NCBI GenBank assembly: GCA_002256025.1 | Contig: NKIB01014977.1 | Coordinates: forward strand, 1 to 39,191 | Length of the DNA stretch: 39,191 nucleotides | Reading direction: 5' to 3' | Source of the DNA: Asterionella formosa | Lineage: Eukaryota | Part shown: positions 12,988-23,949 of the stretch, one piece after another | How the letters are laid out: the number at the start of each line of letters is the position of its first letter | How positions within the stretch are numbered: position 1 is the stretch's first letter | The notes under the pieces: generated by a model | What the model was told of the DNA's origin: nothing | Seen by the model: only the letters and a program-made list of their open reading frames with translations | Databases searched by the model: none | Made by a program: the position numbers and the translations under genes

Positions 12988-13375
12988 TGTTGAGGATAAA
13001 CGACTACTATTAGCAGACAGAAGTATAACTAGTACTGCAATGACTGCACAGTCTTCACAACCAACAGTTATGGTGAGGAATTCCGTGAAACAAGAAGGTC
13101 AGTTCAGGAAAATATATGCAGGATTGTTCGTAATGGAACAGCAATTCCTACATATCAAGCCCAACATGCAAGATTAACTCATAAGTCTGAGATGATTGGC
13201 TGGAATTACAAATTGTATGAAATCGACCAATGGGAAAGAGTGGATTGAGATAAAGAACAAATCCAAGAAAGTAAGATTCATGAAACAAGATCAATTTGGT
13301 AAGACCAAGTAATTTGGCAGGATCGATAAAATTTGGTAAGATTGATAGAAAAAATAATCTGAGCTAATCACAACA
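12988..13375 (+). repeat. Putative copia 3' LTR
   Basis: Polypurine tract GGAGGGAGGA is followed directly by TGTTG at 12988. CAACA at 13371-13375 completes a 5-bp terminal IR. The right end is uncertain and could extend to ~13600. Confidence 0.55.
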
Positions 13376-14285
13376 TTGAAAGAGGCAAATCTAAAAGGAG
13401 ATTAAAGTTGTCGAAAACGAGCTAGTGGAGAACTAGCAGTACTGGACACTGGATGTGTAAGTACAATGCCCACTGATGCGTGAATTTTGGTTTACAAGAA
13501 GCCGAGATGCCGGGGTTCCTTGACTTGAAGTGAAGTGAAGCGGTTTAGATCAGTACAATAACTCTCAGAATACTTTAACGAACAGCAATAATATTTCCAA
13601 GTGCCAACCAGATTCTAAAGCATTGCAATTTATCATATGATCGCCATTGATTCATCATCCGATCGATGAAAGTTTGTTGAAAACAAAATAATAAAGTGAG
13701 AGGCAAGGTAGATGGTGCCAGTGAGAGACTCTAGAAGTACAAAGCAGTGCTTCAAAATTACAGAACTATTCCCTGAATTTTATGTATCATTGCATCTAGC
13801 CTTTCGCTCCTGTCCTAGATCTTGAACGGTGGCGGCAGCGAGTGTTCGCTTGTGCTTCCAAGTGGAACAATTGTTTCAGCAGCGTTTCCCTCGGTTTCTT
13901 ATGTTTCTTCTCCTTCATGTATTGTTAAATCCATCATTCCACTTCACTGATGTTTTTGTAATATGACTCCTTCGTTCAGGCATATGTGCATTTCTATTTC
14001 GAGTTGTTTCGCCGGGAAAGAAGCCAACGAAAAGATTGCTTGGTGTAAGCAATCTCGAGTCACCTTGTTTCCACTTTATAAGTACAGACAAGAAGGAAGT
14101 AACCACAGCTATCCTATTATTGTATAACTATATCGAATGCTGCAATGACGAGATGGAGGTTATGTCTGGAAACGTGCACGACGCCCATTTATAACACTCT
14201 TCATGTTCATCCAGGCAGACATGCGCTAAGCTCACATTATGTTCCTTGGAAACTGCCCTACACAAACTTTGCTCATGAAAATTCA

Positions 14286-14888
14286 TTAAAGTTCCTCATT
14301 TCCCTTCTCCAACGCCTTCAAGATGTTGAGACGTTGGTGCAACCACTGCTTGAGCTCTGCTTTCATCGAGTCGCCCTTCATCTTGTCGAGTCGTTCGATT
14401 TGCTTGGCACGAGCCTCCGAAGTCGCGGCCTTCATCTTCTCGATAAATCCAATCTCCTTTTCGGTGCACTCTGTTGGGTTGTTCACATCACACTTGACCT
14501 CGAGCTTGTCCACCACATGCTTCTTGAGAGAGTCCAAGTCCCTAGGTCCCTGGAAATCCTCACCACTCATGTTCCCATCTACGAAGTACTTGAGGGTTGG
14601 ATAGCCCTGAACTCCAAACTTCTCGCACAAAGATTTAGCCCCTTCTGTGCAATCGGCGTCCCCAATCAACACGGACGATGAAGCTGCATACTCCTCGGCT
14701 AGCTTGTCCCAATCTGGCTTGATCGCCTTGCAATGACCACACCAAGGCGCAAAAAACTTGACAAAGCCATTCTTTCCAGCCATCTTTTGCTCAAAGTTCT
14801 CAAGCGTCAGTTCTACTGCACCAGCGTTCGCCGTGGAGGCAACAAAGGCGATCGTGGCGACAACGTAAAGTAGCTTGTTCATCATCAT
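14286..14888 (-). CDS. ER protein disulfide-isomerase family protein with a single thioredoxin domain
   Basis: Start MMMNKLLYVVATIAFVASTANA (signal peptide), FFAPWCGHCK active site, GYPTLKYF, helical C-terminus and NEEL ER-retention-like end. About 200 aa; the ORF track's upstream extension runs into a repeat. Confidence 0.95.
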   Translation of the reverse strand: MMMNKLLYVVATIAFVASTANAGAVELTLENFEQKMAGKNGFVKFFAPWCGHCKAIKPDWDKLAEEYAASSSVLIGDADCTEGAKSLCEKFGVQGYPTLKYFVDGNMSGEDFQGPRDLDSLKKHVVDKLEVKCDVNNPTECTEKEIGFIEKMKAATSEARAKQIERLDKMKGDSMKAELKQWLHQRLNILKALEKGNEEL

Positions 14889-14949
14889 GGGAATTGAATG
14901 ACAAGAGTATTCTGTTATGGATTTCCTCGTTTTTGTGCTGCAACCGTAT

Positions 14950-15352
14950 CTACCGGTAGTAGTATTTGCTTGCACGTAATATAGGGACCGGTTTGCGTAT
15001 ACTGGAGTAACAGTACCTGGTACCAGGTACAAGGTACCTGGTGGTACTTGTATAATTCAACAACAGAGACCGGTAGTCAGTTTCTACTTTTTTAGGTTTC
15101 CATTATCATACTGTTGTACCTTGGGGTCGTTCTGCCTCAGCTACCAGCAAGTTGCGGTAATTTTGCTCAAACTATAAAGATTTAGCTATTTTTATCCCAG
15201 ATTAAAATGTCAGTTCAAGCAAAATGACCGCAACTTGCAAGCACCGGTAGATTTACGTTTGGAGTACCACCACCGACCATAACAGATACCAGGTACCAGG
15301 GTACTCTATCAGTATCACTCCCTTTTTTACATGTTATGTAGGACCAGGTACC
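14950..15352. repeat. GGTACC/CCWGG palindrome-rich array upstream of the PDI gene
   Basis: gtacctggtaccaggtacaaggtacctgg (~15013-15040), taccaggtaccagggtac (~15287-15304), ccaggtacc (~15344-15352). Confidence 0.8.
15147..15238 (-). mobile_element. Family D MITE-like element, copy 2
   Basis: Near-perfect TIRs GCAAGTTGCGGTAATTTTGCT...AGCAAAATGACCGCAACTTGC. The interior is the reverse complement of 5921-6011. Confidence 0.8.
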
Positions 15353-15353
15353 A

Positions 15354-15443
15354 GCAAGTTGCTGTCATTTGGCTTAAATAAACAATTCAATATAGGATTA
15401 AAGATAGCTAAACCTTTAGTTTCAGCACAATTACCGCACCTAC
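15354..15443 (+). mobile_element. Family D MITE-like element, copy 3 (decayed)
   Basis: GCAAGTTGCTGTCATTTGGCTTAAA...AGCTAAACCTTTAGTTTCAGCACAATTACCGCACC aligns with 5921-6011. Confidence 0.7.
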
Positions 15444-16254
15444 CAGGGGCTCGACCTTGCGAAGTAGCTTCGACTCAATTTCCGTCTCGTCCGTTACGTT
15501 TTCTCCATATGTAGTCTGTGTAGTTGCTTCGTAGGTACTTTGCTGGAATATTTTAAATCGGTCCATAGAATAATAGAATAGCGAGTCAGGGATGAAGAGG
15601 TACTAAGTAGGAATAGCATAATGGTCTTTTGAGTTCGGTGCTAAGTAAGAAACGTGTCCCGTTCCCAAATCCGTGTTCAAAAATCCGGATCCAATCTCCC
15701 AATTCTGTGGCAGTTGAGTTGCGCTTTGCCATGGGAGGACTTAGGGTGGGTGATTTAGACTATAAATTGCCAAGGGCTTGGCAATGCTTGCTTTAGACTG
15801 CTTCTCTGAATCATTATTCAAAGAATTGTGCGCTCCCCCTGCACTAATTCACGGATGTTAACCTTGCACAGTTGCTGCATTCTCCCTTGCCTTAGTAGCT
15901 GTCGACTTTAGTTGTTCAATTCAACTCTAAAGCTAGAGCTTAATAGTTGCATTGTTACTATATTAATCTCTCAGCTTTGACTCCTTTGATTCACATCGTG
16001 TGGTTTATTTAGTCCGGTGCTCGCCTGATATAACTCCATCGCTTCCGTCCTTGTCCATAATATCAAGTAACCAGACTGGTTCCAGTACCAACTAAAAACT
16101 GAGAAGCAATTTTCACACAATCTTACAACTAAAATAATAGAAATTTCTTAAATAAAATATTTGGAACAAGGATGAACCTTACCAGTATTGTAGCTTATTG
16201 ATAGAAAGGGGATATTATTTTTCCAGATCCTTCTTACTGGATAGTATTGCAATT

Positions 16255-16530
16255 GGTAGGGAATGGCTTAGTGGTTTAGCATGTTGCCTTTGATCTGAGG
16301 TTGTGAGGTTTGATTCCCGCAAATTTTTTTAGAAGCAATTGTTGGGTTCAACTCCCACACTTGCTTACTGTCCGGCATGGTCTTGCCTGCTGGTGTGCAA
16401 GAAATAGTGGGTTGCCCTCCTACAAGCAACTTGTGCTGCCTTCCCAGGCAGTCAGAGTTTCCCCTAACTGTTGCTAAGAATATCATCTTTTGCAGGAGGT
16501 GGTTGGGGACTCATCTACACTAACAAAAAC
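16255..16530 (+). mobile_element. Candidate tRNA-derived SINE or tRNA pseudogene
   Basis: A-box-like TGGCTTAGTGG (16264-16274) and B-box-like GGTTTGATTCC (16307-16317) at tRNA spacing, a second B-box-like GGTTCAACTCC (16345-16355), and an A-rich end near 16522-16530. Single copy in the window. Confidence 0.45.
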
Positions 16531-16837
16531 TAGGAAAGCACAGGTGTGTTTGGCAGGTTGTCCTATGAAAAGCCAAATGTAACCCCAAGCCTTAGAAAGT
16601 GCAACATAAGTGATTTAATTTCAGAGCATATCCAGTGAGGCATCTATGTCTCCCATGAACAAACCATAGATTGCATACCAGCAATTGCAATATGATGTTT
16701 TATGTTCACTAGTTTACTGGGTGGTTGAGGGATGGTGCAATGAAAGTGTTATACAATGAGAATGCAAAAGAAATAACTTTCTTGAATTCAAAAAGGTAGA
16801 CCAAGGCAATGAATTCCCAATATCAGAAAGCCCCAAA

Positions 16838-17686
16838 TTAGAAGTCGACAAGGCCAAGGTTACTTCCAACTAAAGATATCTTCCGGTGGTCATCTTCCAA
16901 GCGGTCATTGTACAAGCCATCATTATCATTGTACAAGTAATGTTGATCAAAGGAATTAGACCTGGGACTCGGGCGTCGCCATAAGTACCAAGCGAACATA
17001 CCAAGAATGCCGATAGTACCAATCAGGATCAAGAAGCTCCACAAAAACGAAGCCAGAGGGGTTGAAAGAGCTCCCCTCTGGGTCACATTCTTGGACCAAG
17101 AGGTGACTATATTGCCGGCACACATCTTAGTGTTGGCACCACCTAGATCAAACTTGTTTGGGTCCTTCGATGAATGGAAACCAACAGACACATAAGGAGA
17201 GAAGGCTTTATCATCGGAGGAGCTGGAAGAACCCGATGAGCTACTCCAGTAAAATTGAGTCGACAGGGTGTAAGAACCCAATGAAGAACACGAACTCCCG
17301 CTGGTAGATTTCAATGTCCCAAGGTAGCAGAGGCGAGCATTTTTATAGACAGTGACCGTCTCATTATTTCCCGATGCTGTCAGTGTCAACATTGGATCGA
17401 CACCGTTCAAATCATTGATAATATCGAACGTGATTGTGATCTTAGCCTTGTCTCCGGCTTTACAGGTTTCGCTGTCGCGGTACTTGCCGCTTCCGTAGTA
17501 GAAAGTTCCTGAGCTGTCGCATCCTACGGAAATGCTAGTAATTTGTATGTCGGAGTCGGAGCAGAGAGCGAAGGAGTTGTAACCATCTTGTGATGAGCTG
17601 CCACCACCTGAATAGCTTCCGTCGTTTGCTAAACTGATCCTTGCAGTAAGCAGCAGTACGCTGACCTGAGAGAGCCTCCGAAGCAT
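16838..17686 (-). CDS. Signal peptide + Cys-containing ectodomain + single TM protein (paralog 1)
   Basis: Likely start MLRRLSQVSVLLLTARISLA; CDSSGTFYYGSGKYRDSETCKAGDK; FDLGGAN; TM FLWSFLILIGTIGILGMFAWYLW. Clearly homologous to 32339-33064. Confidence 0.9.
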   Translation of the reverse strand: MLRRLSQVSVLLLTARISLANDGSYSGGGSSSQDGYNSFALCSDSDIQITSISVGCDSSGTFYYGSGKYRDSETCKAGDKAKITITFDIINDLNGVDPMLTLTASGNNETVTVYKNARLCYLGTLKSTSGSSCSSLGSYTLSTQFYWSSSSGSSSSSDDKAFSPYVSVGFHSSKDPNKFDLGGANTKMCAGNIVTSWSKNVTQRGALSTPLASFLWSFLILIGTIGILGMFAWYLWRRPSPRSNSFDQHYLYNDNDGLYNDRLEDDHRKISLVGSNLGLVDF

Positions 17687-18078
17687 TGGCGTTGTTTTCG
17701 TTTTGATTAGCGATGAATGATCGTGAAAAACGTTTTCGGCTTGTAAAGGTATAAAGGGGATTCGCGTAAACACTTAATCAGAAGCGATGAGTTGAAAAGG
17801 CTCAGTTTGCGGTCAACCAACGAAGCGAAGAATGAAATTGCCTTAGTCGATAGGTTTCGGCAAAATCGACTGAAGTCATCAAGCCACTGTTTGTTCACCT
17901 GCTGCCCCGTCTCCTCACTGTTTGGTTTCACTTCTGTTCGGTTAAAGCGGAGTTAAATTTCTCTTCATGGTCGTATACAATATTCCATATATGGCGATCA
18001 TTTGCAAACATGCTGGCGGCCCTTCCATACGTCGACCTCGTTTTCTTATTTATCATATATAAATACAACAGTAAACTT

Positions 18079-18335
18079 CCGGTACCAGGTAGAGTGCCAG
18101 GTAACGAGCGATAGCCAACCATGGCTAAATAAAGTCTATACCGGTACTGGTTCTACCGGTAAAAAATTTCATTCAGAATAAAACAATGTATATATATATA
18201 TTTCAGATCTAGAAATATGAAAACAAGGAGGAGTAGAATGGAAGGACGTGGGACAGTACATGTACTCTAAGTGGTATGCAACCTTGGCTGATGGGTGAAG
18301 AGTGGACTATCAGGTACCAGGTACCAGGTACCTGG
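18079..18335. repeat. GGTACC/ACCGGT palindrome-rich array upstream of paralog 1
   Basis: ccggtaccaggta, taccggtactgg, caggtaccaggtaccaggtacctgg (18311-18335). Confidence 0.75.
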
Positions 18336-18548
18336 TGAGCGATCCTGCACATCGATACAGATGTATATAGGGTTAGGGTTATATCAATTATATCAGAACT
18401 CGAGTAACACCTATTGTATACTTTGCTGTCAACTTGGGAAACAAGTTGTACATAAGATTAATTAGCTCATATATTCAATGAATACTACTACTTCTAGTTA
18501 GATACTTCACTTTGAATTCAAAAAGAGTCCATTTAGAAGAAGACAAAC

Positions 18549-20336
18549 ATGGCAATGTATTCAAGGGTTCCTGTCATTCTTTTGATCAAAGATTACAATT
18601 TATTGATTATCAAGACTAAAACACTCAGAGTTGCTTTAACCGGTGGAAGGTTTGAATCGTTTGATCAAGATATAATCGATGGAAGCTCTGTGGAAGCATT
18701 GTTGATTGGAGTGAATCAATTTTGTGACAGGGCTACTAACACATGTGCCTTTAGCCCTGCAGATACCTTTTCCTACTTTAAAAGGTGTTTGACCGACATT
18801 GCCTTGTCGGATTGGTTGAATGTGAAAGTACACCCAGAAGATCAATCCTACGATAGTATCGATGAAGTATTGGCCTTATGGTTAGATGATTGTTTACCAA
18901 ACAAGAGTTTTCAACATCAACGACAATGGATGCTACGCTACTTGTCTAAACCCTTTTCCATGTTGGTAATGGATTTCGTAGCTCGAATTAAAAATTTGAA
19001 CAGGCTACTTCAACTACTGCCTCATCCAGAAGATCAAAACGGATTGTCAAAAGAAGATATGCGGATTATCATCATCTGTTCTATGCCCGATGAGTGGCAA
19101 CAAGAGTTTGAATTGAATCATGCTAAAACTTCAGACCAATCGATTCGCTCGGTTCTCGCTTACTTCGAGAGCCAACAACCGTTTAAGGATCGAAGTCAAG
19201 CATCTTCCCAAGAACAGCTTTCAAAAAATCACACAAAATCGTCTGCGTATTGCTGAAGGCAATTGTGTGATGTGTCAAGAAAACGAGCATGTCAGTCGTC
19301 AATTCTACAACGATAATATTACTCCAAGTGGTCGTGGAAGAGCGCGTGCTATTGTCAATGCAGCCGGTTGCACATGAGATCTTCAGGCAACTGTTTGTCA
19401 TCAAGCTCTACAAGCCAGTCGTACATACCATGATTATTGTGGCCCTTGTCCGGTACATCCTGAAGGTAGTACACATACTTGGGGCAATTGTTTTCAGAAT
19501 CCTCGTACTCAAGGTGGTCGAGCAGGTCGCATGGCTGGTCGTCATTATGGATGTGGCCGTTCCAGTTTCGTTAGACGAGGAAATTTTGGTGGTCGTGGAG
19601 GCGGTTCACACAGTAATCCTACGAAAAGCTACCATTCTGACACTGCTAACCCTGTGTCAGTTCCACATGCTCGCATGTTAAATACATGGGGTCATAATAC
19701 TCATCCATCCGGTTGGGTTACTGTGCCACGTGCCAATCCTAGCGAGAATACATCTGCCCAGGAAATTTCAGTGGTCACGAACCCTCCTGCTGGTCAGATA
19801 GTGACTTTTGTCCCTAATACACAACAGCAGATTGCTGATCGCTATTACAGAGGTATGTGCGATAATAGCGATGCTATTTATAATGACTCATTGAGTATAT
19901 CTCACGTTAGTCATCACCTGGATAAAATTGTTTGTTTACAGGTTGAATACAATATGAATACCGCTGTTGCTGTAACGCGGGAGCGACATCTATAAATGCA
20001 TCGATGGACATGACGATCCACATACATATCAGGGCCCAATTCCGGTTTCCTGTTTTTCTTCTAAGGAAATATTAACGTCAATTGATCTGATTCCAATGTC
20101 TCTTTTAGCGCCACAATTGGTGGATGCTATGCCTATGCATAAAATACTACAAGTATTATTTGATAGTGGACTTATTCATCTCATGCCAGTGTTATTTTAT
20201 ATGACCTGATTCTACCTGAATTTAATCGATCTGCTCGTGTTTTACAACAAAAGTGTCAAGTTTTTAATGGTCTATGCACAATTGATGCTATTATAGGAAG
20301 TGATTTCCTTCGTCAAGTTGGTTTAACCATTGATTT
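18549..20336 (+). mobile_element. Degenerate Ty3/gypsy retrotransposon, part 1 (gag, zinc knuckle, protease)
   Basis: Gag-like QRQWMLRYLSKP...FVARIKNLNRLLQLLP...SMPDEWQ; knuckle CPVHPEGSTHTWGNC at ~19447; protease VLFDSG (~20153) and DAIIGSDFLRQVGLTID (to 20334). Confidence 0.9.
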
Positions 20337-21065
20337 GGCCAGCAGGAGGACAGGGAGGGAGGAGGGGAGCAAGGGGGGGAGGGGGGGGCGCCATCAGAAG
20401 TGGCATCAGGGAGATGAATGAAATAGGGATTCAGGGCCTCATCAGGCGAGATAAGCTCACCAAAGGAGGCTGGGAGAGACGAACCATCCAACAGGTCAAC
20501 CTGGTAGAAATCGAAGGCAGGGGTGGGGACAGAATTGATGAGGCCCTCAGCGACGTCACCATGGGGGGTGAGGCGTACAACTACCGAGCTACCTGGTGGA
20601 AAGGGTTCAGAGGCGGAGGAGGTAGAATCTGTGTATAACAGAGGTGGAGCCCCCTATCGTACATGATAGCGGGAAAGGGGTCGGCAATGGCCCGAGTAGG
20701 ATCAAGCGTTTAATCAGCAGAGACGCAAACACGGCTAAGGGTGGGATTCCAGAACAGCATTCCATTGGCGGTATCAGCACGCCCAAGCGCGAGGCCGGTG
20801 AAGCTCTGGCTTTCAAATTGGGAACCATCACGAGGGCGGCGGTAATAGGCAATGCAACCGAAAGGAAATGGGTCCGGAGGTGCGGTTTGATACCGTAGAA
20901 TAGCTCAAATGGGGTGGTGTAGGATGAGGAGGTGCCATGGAGGCAAGGAACAATATTCATGCGGAGCGAGGCCTCACGGACGGCCCAGAACCAGTATCAT
21001 TTGGGAAGGCCGGCTTCAGCCAGGAAGGAACGGGCCATGTTAGCAGCAACACGCCAGTGACCTTG
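20337..21065 (-). mobile_element. GC-rich Ty1/copia integrase fragment, different from the copia at 8560
   Basis: The minus strand reads GHWRVAANMARSFLAEAGLPK*YWFWAVREASLRMNIVP...TTPFELFYGIKP. There are abrupt composition shifts at both ends and no LTR. Confidence 0.88.
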
Positions 21066-21549
21066 CGTCTGCAAATAAAAACTATCATATTTCCATGATG
21101 CATCATAAGATTGTGATCATCTGATCATAATATTTCGTGATATCATCTAATAATTTTGATAAATGCCTTTGTAATTTAAATAGTAACCCTTTTGACTACA
21201 TATATTTAATAATTTCATGTATTGTTTCTATTAGATTTCTGTATTCGAATTTCTTGGTAGGATAATGTAATTTGGCTTGTCATTTCCATCCGTCATCACT
21301 CTGATTTTTGCAACAACAACGAAATACTAGCGAGGACAAGTGGAATGATTGTTTGCGATAACGTCACAAACACATTCTACTTGTTCTCGTTGACATTTTA
21401 AATTCTCACATGATACTACATCTACTACTGAGATTCAGCATAGAAGGAGATACGAAAATGTAACAGACTACTGCCCACATAGCTATAGGTATAGAATGAT
21501 TCTGATTAGAATTTCATTTTCATATCGCTCACTCGTTTCTGCATTTGGC

Positions 21550-21965
21550 ATGCTTACTTGTATTTACGGTTGAACTTGTCCGCATCTTTGATACCATCAA
21601 GAGAGCGAAAGCAAGTGGCTCTCATCATTGTTGTTTGCTTGTAGGAAAAATTTGATATCCATATCGTCATTTGCTTGTTGGAACTGTCCGTTGCCTGAAA
21701 CCTGCTTGGCGTGCCGACTTGTTTTCATTGGTATGTTGTTCTTGTATTCACTGTTGAACTTGTCCGCATCTTTGTTACCATCAATAGAGCGACAAGTGGA
21801 TGCGTCTCTTCATTGTTGTTTGCTCCTGGAAAAGTCGATGTCTGTGTCATCCTCATCAATAGAGAGACAAGTGTCCTTCATCATTGCGGTTTGCCGCTGG
21901 AAAAATTGGTACCCATGGTATCGTCATTCGCTCCTTGGAAACACTGTCCGTTGCCTCAAACCTGA
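21550..21965. repeat. Imperfect tandem duplication inside family A copy 2
   Basis: gttgaacttgtccgcatctttg.taccatcaa and actgtccgttgcct.aaacctg each occur twice, with a partial third unit. Confidence 0.75.
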
Positions 21966-22121
21966 TTAGCGTGTGTGTATGTGCACTGTCGACTTGTTTA
22001 CATTACAGGAGTGACTTGCTTAGCTGCTAAAGTGCGTGTTATAAAATCATACTCCGTAGTAATACTACAGTTCCCAATCATCTCATCAAATATGTACGCA
22101 CGTGTTATCGATACATCACAG

Positions 22122-22123
<2 letters not shown>

Positions 22124-22150
<27 letters not shown>
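22124..22150. repeat. (AAAT)n microsatellite
   Basis: aaataaataaataaataaataaataaat. Confidence 0.9.
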
Positions 22151-22152
<2 letters not shown>

Positions 22153-22439
22153 TAATGTATGTTACTTAATATATAAATTCGACTTTAAGTGTATACAGTA
22201 AATGCCAACAGCTAATATGATAGTATTATACAGTGGATAGGATCTAAGTATACGGATGCATTGATATGAACATCACTATAATATGATTTGTGATATGGAT
22301 TGATGCATATGACATACCAGTATCCTCAACAACCAGCCATCACGTTAATTGTTATGTCGTTTTTCCTTGTTATAACTGTATTTATGCCGGCATGTGTATT
22401 GTGTAAACACTACGCTGGCGGAACATGCATATTACACTG

Positions 22440-23851
22440 TGCTCTGTTCAACAATTACTACACTCGGTTACCATCAACCAGTTCAACCTCCACAAGCGCC
22501 GCAATAAGCTCCGCGAAAAGCCTTGCGTTTCCCTTCCACTGTTTTACATCATAGTCTTCTGGCCCTTTGAAAACTTTCCAAATGGCATTTCATGGATTTC
22601 ATGGAAAGGATCAGTCAAACAAGAAACGAGACTTACTTCCATTGTTTACACTACACGACTTTAGGCTTTCGGAAAAAAAGATGAAGAAACTTATGAAATC
22701 ATTCGAAGATTCCTTTGAATACACTCAAAGATTAGATGAATTTGAACAGATTCATAATACTCCAGAAAAAATAATGAAGTATGCCGATACAATAGTGGCA
22801 GAGATTGAAAAGAAGGAAAGATTGCTTTCGAAGAGCCAAGGAAACCCAAACAGTTGTTCTTTGCGGATGAAGACTCTATTCCTACAGAGTCACAGTTCCA
22901 TCCAGTGTCGTATTTTGCTCCTCATTCTCCTGAAATCTCTGATAATGAAGAAGAACTCAGTGATTCTCATTCATTTGATGAACAAAATCATGCGATGAAT
23001 GAAAATACTGGCGGAAATGTGGGAGACATCACTTCTGAAGTAGAAATGGTTGAAAAGTTGCAAAACCAAGAAATATGTCTCACTATTCGTCCAGAGCACC
23101 AAGATGAACATCATGAAAGCAGAGAAACTATTGCGTTTCTAAAAGAACCGATATTCAAGAAAAATTCTGAGCTAGATCAAGACCTCGAATTCAAGAAGAT
23201 CAATGCAGACAGAGATGTGATGCTGGCTAGCTAAGGCAGTTGATGCACTGAGTCGGGAACGAAGTTTGAAGAAAAAAATGGAATCTTTTTCCAAATCACA
23301 CATGGAAGAAAAAGAATTTCTCTGTAAAATCATCGAGAACAATCCTGAAGGCAGCTAGCCTACTTTTGTGAAGAGTCAGTATGTGAAATGTGTAGAGTTG
23401 TTATGCCAAAGCAAACTGCATTTTCCTTGAGTTTGCCGAAATCGCATGGACAACTAAAATTGTGGAAAGAATTGTACACACGTACCCCACAAGAAATATG
23501 CAATTACACCTCCTCTGTATTTTATGGAGTCAAAGGTAGTATCATCGAAAAATCATCTTCAGATTTTAAAGATCTTGCATATTGGGACCTTGAAACAATT
23601 ACCTCTATGATCCATTATATAATTCATGAACTTCATCCAAGTGATGTAAAGGTTATATTTGATCTGGATGAGAACCCAGAAAAGGGTAATGACAAACCGT
23701 ATATATACCAAGGTAATTGTCATCCACTTCATCATGACAGTAACTACTGTATGTGCTAATTGTTTATTGCAAAAGATCAGATGAGGAGGAAAACAACCAC
23801 TTTGTGCTTTATCTTTTTGCTATAAATGATGGATTAAATATATTCTGTTAG
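22440..23851 (+). pseudogene. Frameshifted, intron-containing gene carried by family A copy 2
   Basis: Abutting K/E-rich ORFs 22567-22998, 22854-23234 and 23388-23759. Intron GTAATT...GCTAAT...CAG at ~23713-23780 gives a last exon DEEENNHFVLYLFAINDG. Boundaries are approximate. Confidence 0.6.
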
Positions 23852-23949
23852 ACCAGCTGGTGTATCATGAATTATGTTAGCAATTTTAATTCAAACATAT
23901 GTGATTAGAATAAAATCATTGACTCAAAACATCATGCTTTCAGAGCATC

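Larger units (their letters stand above)
8560..13375 (+). mobile_element. Degenerate Ty1/copia retrotransposon (integrase end, RT, RNase H, 3' LTR), interrupted at 9188-11850
   Basis: Integrase PHIPQHNGV...LWAEA; RT GEPNTF...PVKWIFKVK...FKSRIVLK | GYVMVQGVDYTESFSPV...AFL...DPCLYY...HVDD; RNase H DSDYA...ENSADIISKN. Many stops, frameshifts and internal deletions. Confidence 0.93.

Noticed and set aside
14889..15032. N-terminal extension of PDI in the ORF track
   Set aside because: It has a non-ATG start inside the repeat array, and the signal peptide begins at 14888.
15600..16060. Possible decayed minus-strand coding remnant
   Set aside because: Many stops and no recognisable motif.
18362..18410. 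TTAGGG-like motif and possible gypsy LTR end (tgtatatagggttagggtt...gagtaaca)
   Set aside because: Only about two telomere-like units, with no second LTR or clear PBS to confirm it.
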